NCBI GenBank assembly: GCA_964016885.1
Contig: OZ024743.1
Span: 153,822,001 to 153,886,000, forward strand
DNA length: 64,000 nt
DNA from: Eledone cirrhosa
Taxonomy: Eukaryota
Reading direction: 5' to 3'
In this document: positions 52,281 through 64,000 of the stretch, in pieces
Layout: every line of letters begins with the position of its first letter
Position numbering within the stretch: the first letter of the stretch is position 1
Notes under the pieces: model-generated
Database searches by the model: none
The model's input: the letters and a program-made list of their open reading frames with translations, nothing else
What the model was told of the DNA's origin: nothing
Position numbers and translations under genes: made by a program

Positions 52281-54229
52281 GCACTTCCACACAAACAGCT
52301 TGTTACCGGACGGACAGAAAGGATGCCGAAAGAAGTCCCGTGGTACAAACGACCAGTTACTTATTGATAAGATGGTAATGAGGAATTGCAAGAGGAGACA
52401 CACTGGTCTTGCCATGGGATGGATAGACTACAAAAAGGCATTTGACATGGTGCCTCATTCTTGGATCACCAAAAGCCTAGTGATCTTCAAGGTGGCAGAT
52501 AACATCGGACAGTTGTTGGGCAAAAGTATGAATTCCTGGGAAACAGAGTTAACATCAGCAGGAGAATCCTTGGGAGGCGTCAAGATCAAGAGAGGTATCT
52601 TCCAGGGAGATAGTCTGTCCCCTCTGTTGTTTGTCCTTGCCCTGACTCTCCTGACCATTATACTGCGCAAAGTGAGAGCAGGATACAAGTTGGGAAAGGG
52701 AGAGCTTACCATCACTCAGCTCAACTTCATGGACGATCTTAAGCTCTTCGGGAAGAGTGAGAAGGAGTTGGATGTACTTGTTGACACCGTCCATATTTTC
52801 AGCAATGATATATGTATGCGATTTGCTATTAGTAAGTGTGGATTCCTTGTGATGAAGTGGGTAAATTGAGCAGAAGTAACGGAATCCAGGTAACAACAAG
52901 TGAGATGATAAAGGAAATTGACACTGAGTAGGGATACAAGTATTTGGGTGTTCTGGAGGCTGATGACATCAAGAACAAAAAAATGAAGAAATTGATAAGA
53001 ACTGAATACCTTCGGAGAGTAAGGAGCGTATTAAAGTCACATCTGAACAGTAGGAATTCCACAAGTGCAGTAAATTCCCGAGCTGTGTCTATTATTAGGT
53101 ACAGTGCGGGAATTCTGAGATGGAATGTTGCTTAACAAAAAGAAATGGATAGGAAGACTAGGAAGATATTGACTATCTACAACATGTTTCACAAGAGGAG
53201 TGATGTCTATAGACTCTACTTAAGGAGATCTGAAGGTGGAAGAGGTCTTATCAGCATAGAGAACTGTGTTCAGATGGAGAAAAACAACGTACACAAATAC
53301 GTGACTGAGACTAAGGAGCCAATGCTCAGAACTGTACTGAAGGAGAGGACAATAGAGCAGGGGATGTCCAAGGAGGAAATAACAACAAGGAGAAAGAGCA
53401 GCCTTGAGGAAAAATCCCTTCATAGTACCTTCTTTGAGAAAACTGAATTCAGAGATCCACAGACATGGAACTGGTTGAAAAGAGGAGACCTTAAAAAGGC
53501 TACAGAAGGAATGTTAATGGCTGCGTAGAGCAGGCCCTCAAAACGAAGTGGTTGAAACACCATATTTACAAGGAGGAGGCTAGCCCACTGTGCAGGATCT
53601 GTGGAGAGCTAGAGGAGACTGTGCCTCACATTGTATCCGAATGTAAACACCTATCCCAGACTCACTGTAAGGGCTGGAGACATGATGTGATGGGCAGGGT
53701 GATCCACTGGCACCTATGCAAAGTAAACAATTTACCACATTCTGAGAAGTGGTATGAGCATAAGCCAGAGTCGGTGATAGAAAACGATCAGGTGAAGGTG
53801 CTGTGGGATTTTAGGATACAGACGGACAAGAAACTGGAACACAATAGACCTTACCTGGTGGTTGTGGACAAAGAAAAAAGATCGTGCCTGATTGTGAATG
53901 TGGCCTGCCCATTCGACACGAGAGTGCAAGAGCAGGAGACGGAGAAAATTAGCCGATACCAGGCCTTAAAGTGGAAGGTAAAAAGGTTTTGGAACTGCCA
54001 TGAATTCAAAGTGGTTCCGATTGTCATAGGAGCACTAGGTACTATCTCAAAAAGTTTCCAGGGATGGTTAAAGAAAATTGGCCCCTTCACGCTTTTTGGA
54101 ACGCTTCAAAAGGCATGCTTGCTGGAAACAGCAAGAACCCTCCGGTACGTCCTGAATATCTGATATTCATTTCAACAAACTTTCCAGTTAACTAACATTA
54201 ATGACTGAGACTCAACGAATAATAATAAT

Positions 54230-54410
54230 AATTGTTTCTACTTTAGGCACAAGGCCAGCAATTATCCAGTACATTACTGGTACTTTATTTTATCGACCCT
54301 TAAGGATGAAAGGCAAAGTCAACCTCGGCGGGATTTGAACTCAGATCGTAAAGGGACGTAACTATGCTGGAAAGCATGGCGTCTGACCCTCTACCGATAC
54401 TGCCAATCCA
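54230..54410 (-). mobile_element. Octopus-type tRNA-derived SINE
   Basis: Homologous to 14800-14982. Confidence 0.75.
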
Positions 54411-54616
54411 CCGCCCTACATGTTGCATGCACAAAGGCTTATCATTTTTGTGGAGGGAAATGTATATTTACATCATTCATTCAGGGCATTCCCTAAAGGC
54501 ATTAGTGGGAATTTGGAGTATAAAGGTACAGATTCATGCAATTTCTGGGTCAAAAGAAAAGAAATAGACATAATTTAAAGTTTCTTTCAACGAATAATAA
54601 TAATAATGATAATAAT

Positions 54617-56937
54617 GCTTTCTTTATTAACCACAAGGGATTACGTGAAGTAGACATTAAGGACAGTACAGGACAATACAGGACGGTACAAATGGGCATT
54701 TTTGCGTGTAAAAAACAAAATCAGAGGATGTAACAAAAAAATAACAATGAAAAATTCCCCAATACGGGGAGACTTCCGAGGGAAATTCGTGGAGAAAGCC
54801 CATTAAAAAGCCACAGTGACCCTGACCACCAGGGCAAGTGCCCTCTCCCAGTTTGCCACCTTTAATTTACACACACATACTCAGAGTAGGCCCATTCACT
54901 CAGGTCATTCTTGCCGAGCTGCAGGCCCACTGACTTTTTCTGGTTGATCATTGCTCCTGTCACCGCTTCGTATTCTCTTAGTGTAATGCCGATCACCTCG
55001 ATGAGTTTGGCGTTCGACACCACTACGGTGACATCGTCCGCATATGCTGACACGGATCTTCCACATCATAGTTCGCGCGGGACCCCTCCCCGTCAACGTC
55101 TCAGGACTGCCGCTAGGTAACGATGTTCGACTCTATCGAAAGCTTTCGACTGATCTAAATTGATCAAGGACCCACCCGTGCCAGGTTCCCTAGCTACCCT
55201 CTCCACGGTGTATCGCATGAGGTGGAGGTTGTCGTGGATGGATCTGTCGGGAATGGCGCATGTCTGCGCCTCTCCCACCAGACCACCAACGACAAGCGCC
55301 AACCTCTTTGCTAGCACCTTGTGCAGCCAGTCATTGCCTCCCGTACTTCAGCGGCTGTTATCGGCTTTTCACAACAGTCCGCTTCAGTGGCCGAGAGCCG
55401 CGGCAGTCCGTCAAGCTAGACACTAAAGTCCATCCCTCCATCCGTTGGTTTGGTTGTGGCGTGGTGGATGGTGGAGGCGTTGGTGCTAGTTCTGTGCGCG
55501 GTGGGTGGTGGTGGTTTTGATGCTGTTGCTGGGGTTGTTGCTGCTACAGTTGCTTCTGTTGTTGCTGCCATTTCTGCTGCTGGTGGTGTTGATGGTTGAG
55601 TCACTGGGGTGGGTAAGAGAGGTGGACTCAACTTTTTAGCCTGAGGGCAGAAAGCCTTTAGGTGGGTTCGTTCACCAAAAAACGACACACCTAGGCCTTC
55701 TACCCTCGACGATTACGGTGAGGTGGCTGCCGTCAGTGAGGTCTATTACCTCTGGGACTTCCTCAATGCTTTTTTGGTCGGCTTGGATCAGGAACTCTAT
55801 CCAAGATCCGGACCAGTTCACCTGCTTTTCTTTTGATATTTCAATTATTTTGGTGTTGGCCTCGATGCCGGTGAGGACGGCAGCCATTAGCCAGGGAAAT
55901 TCGATGGCCGGTGGAACGTGGGTCACCCTGACTTCACGAGTCTCTGCCCACAATAGCTTGGGACGAGTGTGAAGTCGTCGCTTCTGAATGGGGCCATGGA
56001 GTGTTCACTGGCCTCCTGTGGTGTTCCAAAGAACACGTCCACGGTTGCATATCTCTTCCCACGTCTGATGTGGGTTTTTTCCGCCCACACATGTCCGAAA
56101 GCTTTGGGGATTTGGGATTCGGATGCCCGTTCTACTCGGCGCGATTTTGTGTTAATCGTCCGATAAGACACGGTGCATAGGCGCCGATGCTCCATTTTAT
56201 TAGGTGGTGGTGGTGGTGGTGGAGGGGGAGGGGGTGACCCTGTACTCATCTTTCTTTACCATTCTCTTGGCTTCATTCAATTGCTTCTGAGTTACCTCGA
56301 TTGTTTCGCATTTCTTGGCTGCTTTGGCAAACGACACATTTGCGGTGGTTTTGATGTTTCTGTTGTTATTCTCATTGTTGTTGTTGCTGTTGTTGTTATT
56401 GTTATTTTTAGTTTCAGTTGTGGTGGTGGTGGTATTCGGTGTGGAAGGGTCGATTCTGGGTGAATCCAATTCGATGTCACGAGATAATAATTTATTTTTT
56501 CTTTTGTTTCTGTTGTGCTGTGATGGAGGTGTTGGCGGCTTTAACACCTGCAGTTTTGGGTAATGGCGGGAAATGAATGTATGCATGAGACATATTTAAA
56601 TTATTACTACTGCTTATATTTTTAGTGTTGACAACCGTAGTAATATTTACAATGGTGGTGTTGGTGTGAGGTGTTAGTTTGCGAGGAAGGCTGTCAGCTT
56701 GGAGTAGCTGTGAGTCGTCCATTCTTTTTTCAAAGAAATGTTTTGTTTGATAATTATAAAAGTTAAAATTTTGGGCTCAAGGCCCCAATCCTTTTGAGAG
56801 TCCTTTTCCGAAAGCAATATATATGAACTTATAAACACTTAAAAACAAAAGATTTCCATAAATTGCAATTTGAAACAACTGAAAACAACAAACCTTTGCT
56901 GAGCTCACGATAATACGATTTCCTACGTAGTTCACCA
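54617..56937 (-). mobile_element. Tx1-like element with multiple internal deletions
   Basis: ORF1 (SFAKAAK, polyPro, EGRRPRC) followed by short ORF2 pieces (LDGLPRLS, LAKRLA...LDQSKAFDRV, SAYADD, VNGP) and AATAAA; TAA repeats on both sides. Confidence 0.85.
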
Positions 56938-56962
56938 ATAATAATAATAATAATAATATTAC

Positions 56963-57005
<43 letters not shown>

Positions 57006-57059
57006 CATAATAATAATAATAATAGTAATTCTATTTATATATAAGAATATATATAATAA

Positions 57060-59531
57060 GAGTAATATTATATGTTACCCGATTACCAGTAAGAACATAG
57101 CGCAATGTAAAAAATCAAATATAATACAGAGTAGAAATACAACATAAATTACAATCAAATGGTATTTAAATCATTTAATAGCTTATGATCGTTTCTTCCA
57201 GACATAAGTCTGAGTTCATCGGAGCATACAAAGGTTAAAACAAATACAATCCTTTTTAAAATATCTTAAACATATTTTCTTAATATTATTTTATCTTATA
57301 AGTCAGTATCTCTATATTTATAAGTTTAATAATACTTAATATGTAATTATAGACATGTATTAACGCATCATATTTATTAAGCCAACATCCCATATGAATT
57401 ACCTCCCTTGTTTGAATTGCATCCCTTAGTTTATAAACAACTTCCTCCCTTCAAATTTTAACAGTTGAATACAAATTTATAAACCCCAGACATCATCCAG
57501 GAGCCTTTACTAACTGATATTTGTATTTTAACTTTATCCAGCATATACTATTCTATCGAAAAGGAGGAACATTAAGTATCTTCACTATCTATAATTACTC
57601 AATATTGCTTACTGAATGGAAAGTCAATGTTAGACTCTCTCCAGAGTCCCGCGATCAGGCTGCTTTGCCCAAGCGATTTGGGGATCTTGGTCTTCGTAAG
57701 TGTTTGTCCCTCTCTCTCCCCTACTTCCTTTCTCCACCCACGCTTGCTTCACCCTGGCGAGCAGCATCCTCTCCTCTCCAACATGGATTAGTTCCAACAG
57801 GGATTTGGGTGAAACTCTCCAGCAATGGAGTGAGTTGGGCTTGTCTCTTCCTGAGTAGGTGGAGGACAGTTGAAGTCAGAGAACTTGGGACAGTATAAGT
57901 TCGAAGGCCACCTTCGACTCCCTCTTTGTCCAGTCGGATCAGTTTGCAAGGTGCCGCTTACTATCTTCCAGCGCCAAATACTCATGCGACAGGGTTGATG
58001 CCCTCCCCGTAGCCAACGCTGGTGGCCTACTCAGCCTGGACGAACTTCGTGTCTCCATCGCCCTCAGAGTGGGAGCTGACGTCTGCATGGGTTTCAGGTG
58101 CTGATGCAGCAAACTCCTTGAGCCCACAGGCCTCCACGGTCTTTCTTGCTGCCTGAATGCTGGCCGCTCCACAGGTCACACGGAGCTAAACCTTATTCTC
58201 AAGAGAGCATTGGCCCCGGTGAACATCGCCTCAATCTTAGAACCATCTGGGTTGTCCGGAAGTAACGGCAAAAGACCTGACGGCCTTACCTCGTGCCCCT
58301 GGTGGAGAGGCAGGTCCCTTGTCTGGGACGTCACTGTTAGTGACTCTTTTGCTTTTTCTCACATCCTGGAGGCTGCGGTTATGACGAAAGCCACAGCTTC
58401 CACAGCCGAGCGGAGTAAGACTCTGAAATACTGTGATCTGTCGGCTAGCTACATTTTCCAGCCTGTGGCTTGCGAGACGTTTGGAGGGGTTGGACTGCTG
58501 ACTGCGAGGTTCCTCTTTTCACTGGCGGCTCGCCTAATAGAGGCAACTGTCGAATCTCGTTGTTCCAGCGCATTAGCCTCGCCATATACCCGAGGCAATG
58601 CTGTGAGTGTGCTGGCTTCCCACAAAAATCATTAGAGAGGTTGCCCGGTACACCTTGCGACGTTGCTGTCTTTTGCTCTGGTGTTGGCTCGGTTGTTCAC
58701 CCCTTCCTTTACATTTTCTTTAATATTGTAACATTAAAAGAATATATCTTTCTGAAGAATCGCGAGCCATATATAATGTTATCTAAGCATTTGTAATGTT
58801 ATTTATGTATATTTTTAAAACATATTTATTATGTTATTCTACTGTAAAATTATTTATATGCTCTGTCAAATAAACAACATTAATTGTATTTATATAGTTA
58901 TGACTTTTATTATGACAGAATCACACGAATATCAAATTGTTACTTTTATTAATATAGCCTTTAGGAAAGGTTTTTTAAACTCTATATTTTTAAATTCTAT
59001 GCTTCTAAACTGTATATGTTTAAACACTATATTGACCTACATTGATATGACTAATATAAAACTTTTTGCCTGAAATATATATATTCATTTTCAATATATA
59101 CATTACATGCTTTCATTATACCATTCTGCTTAAATTACATATATTGCTTGCATTCTATTGTAATTGATATTTTTGCTATAATATTTTGCTATAATTAATA
59201 ACCATGGCAATTTATGTATTTATGTATTAATGCCTTTCCTATCCATATCTATAAGCCATACCTCCAATTATATATATTATAGCTTCATTATAATTTTTCA
59301 TTACAATTCTTATGTCTGTTCAATTTGTAATCTCTTGCTCTATAATATATTGATGCTAATACTTATACTTATTTTTCTCATCTATAATGTACTCTGCTAA
59401 ATGTTCAAGTGAATAGGATTATACTTGTTTTGACCTTTGATTGCTCCGATGATTCCAAACTTATATCTGGATAAAATGATCGTAAGATATTAAATATTTT
59501 AAATACCATTTGATTGTAATTTATGTTGTAT
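57060..59531. mobile_element. Element bounded by diverged inverted pLTR-like arms (~57137-57245 / 59425-59531) with HHR-like motifs
   Basis: gct CCGATGA...GAAA CGATCA TA agc on minus at 57181-57226 and on plus at 59442-59487. 57063-57170 resembles 7545-7645. Confidence 0.6.
57620..58740 (+). mobile_element. CRE-like non-LTR retrotransposon, 3' fragment
   Basis: QAALPKRFGDLGLR, IALRVG, Cys/His knuckle, EPSGL...NGKRPDGLT..PW.RGRSLVWDVTVSD, K..KY. Confidence 0.8.
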
Positions 59532-59532
59532 A

Positions 59533-62442
<2,910 letters not shown>

Positions 62443-62819
62443 ATGTATGTATACATATTCCCTTTTGAATAGTTGGTATTTTTATTTGAGTTATATCTAT
62501 TTTTAATCATCTCTAAATTAGATTCTTAGCAATCTTTTTTGCTGTTTGTATATTGCTGACTGATTTTACATATATATATATTATGTATGTGTGCGTGTAT
62601 CGACCTACATCGACCTATCGTAGATTTACCTCCGCCTCGAAAAGTGACTGTTTCTGCACATGTGTATTTGTACAGTTGTTTTTCCTTTTCTGTACAAGCT
62701 CATTTACACCGACATGATGATCCGAACAGGGTGAAACAATTGTTCTCAGTAACGGGGAATTAACTGTTGTGGAACTACTTCTCTCTCTCTATATATATAT
62801 ATGGGGTAATGGGAGGAAG

Positions 62820-63305
62820 GTGGTGTATACTAGATTGTTTCTGTTACCTGGGTTACTAAATTAGAAGTGGAGACATGTGTTCTGAAAGTACAGTAGCCAG
62901 AGTGAAAACAGGTTAGAGAAAGTTTGGGGAGCTACTGTCACAGCTAACTACAAATAGTATTTCCCTCAAAATGAAAGGCAGACTGTATGATGCCTATATA
63001 TGAACAGCAATGTTGCACAGCAGCGAGACCTGGGCACAGTGTGCAAAGGGCCTGCAAAATTTGAAAAGAAATGAAGCTTCCGTGCTTTGATGTATGTGCA
63101 ATATTAATGCACATGAATGGCAAAGCATAAATGAACTAAGAGAGAAATTAAGCATAAGAAGGATCAGATGCAGTGTATATGGGACAACATTGCGTTGGTA
63201 TGTATATGTGATGTGTATTACAAATGATAGCTGTATAAAAATGCGCAGAGTGCTCAAAGTTGATGTGGGAAGACATAGGAAGACTTGGGATGAGGTGATA
63301 AAAGA
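62820..63305 (+). mobile_element. Degenerate RTE thumb fragment
   Basis: Homologous to 25620-26105. Confidence 0.75.
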
Positions 63306-63349
63306 CCCCTTAAGTCTCTGGGAAAGCTATAAGAAAGCTTTACCAGAGA

Positions 63350-64000
63350 CTTAAGGCGTCTGAAATATTGCACCTATTGAACATTACAGCAAACAGCTGT
63401 CGAAGATTTTTAGGCATTTGTGTGGCAGCTGCCTCTTCTAATGTCTTTTCCAATATTACCCATCTTCAAGAAGGCCAAGTAATTTACATGCTTCTTCATA
63501 CGTTGCACAGGAAGTTCCATGTACAATTTTGATGTTTTCAAATGATGTTGGCCCTCTAACAGTGTGAAGGGGTAACCACAAATGGAAGCATTCCCTATGT
63601 CTAGGATGAATGCGTAAACTCTTTCTATTGTACCACTTGCTTTGCTGTCTTGATAGCCATCCACGTGGTTGCCTATCTTTCGTCTGCCCAATTTCTTTTT
63701 ATTTCGTATGTAGAATGTGGGAACCTCATGATAGAGCAAGGTTTTAGGAAAGGCATCTTCTCTGCAAAACTTAAAAAAAAGCAGTGAGCTTTGTGTATGG
63801 AGGAGACGCAGCAATCAATTGTGGATTTTCGTCAGTGTAATATACCCTCTGACCATTTTCCAAATGGTCTGCAAGGTTCATTACCGCGGGGTGTCTATCG
63901 TGTATGTCAAAACCAAAGATTCTCCATATGGCTTCATTATAGAAATATATCTCCCTGTTAGGTATGTTTTAAATTCATTCAATTGGTTATGCCACCAACA
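63350..64000 (-). mobile_element. Helitron RepHel fragment
   Basis: NEAIWRIFGFDIHDRHPAVMNL..HLENGQRVYY, FFKFC...LLYHEVPTFY, RRK...IERVY. Confidence 0.8.

Larger units (their letters stand above)
44283..54232 (+). mobile_element. R4/Dong-like family B, copy 3, split by nested insertions (5' part 44283-45934, 3' part 52281-54232)
   Basis: The 5' part ends at ...IMSEE and the 3' part resumes at [15 protein letters not shown], only ~8 bp further along the copy 2 sequence. Confidence 0.9.

Noticed and set aside
46838-56250. Frameshift at the poly-Pro tract in both Tx1 ORF1 copies as a programmed frameshift
   Set aside because: The two copies need shifts in opposite directions (-1 versus +1) and both lie in C-rich runs; slippage or sequencing error is more likely.

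Overview
Repeat-dominated, AT-rich eukaryotic DNA with no host gene that I can support. The SINE and RTE tail families and the (TA)n/(TAA)n load look like octopus or another cephalopod; this is recalled from memory, not a database result. The window holds Penelope-like elements (PLEs) of three types, degenerate RTE LINEs, a ~24 kb head-to-tail array of R4/Dong-type non-LTR retrotransposons in (TAA)n with a nested Tx1/L1 element, CRE-like fragments, Helitrons and SINEs. Four observations stand out. (1) A Neptune-type PLE joins a coiled-coil ORF1 to RT-GIY-YIG through an in-phase HIV-like U UUU UUA GGG slippery site with a downstream stem, a candidate -1 frameshift. (2) Two related ~655-659 bp tandem repeat families carry one minimal type-I hammerhead ribozyme (HHR) per unit, like retrozymes. 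(3) More than a dozen minimal HHR motifs occur, with recurrent core variants (U3-A8 and U4C) in unrelated repeats. (4) The Dong-like elements appear to insert into each other's TAA tails and have structured 5' leaders. All alignments and folds were done by eye; element boundaries are approximate.
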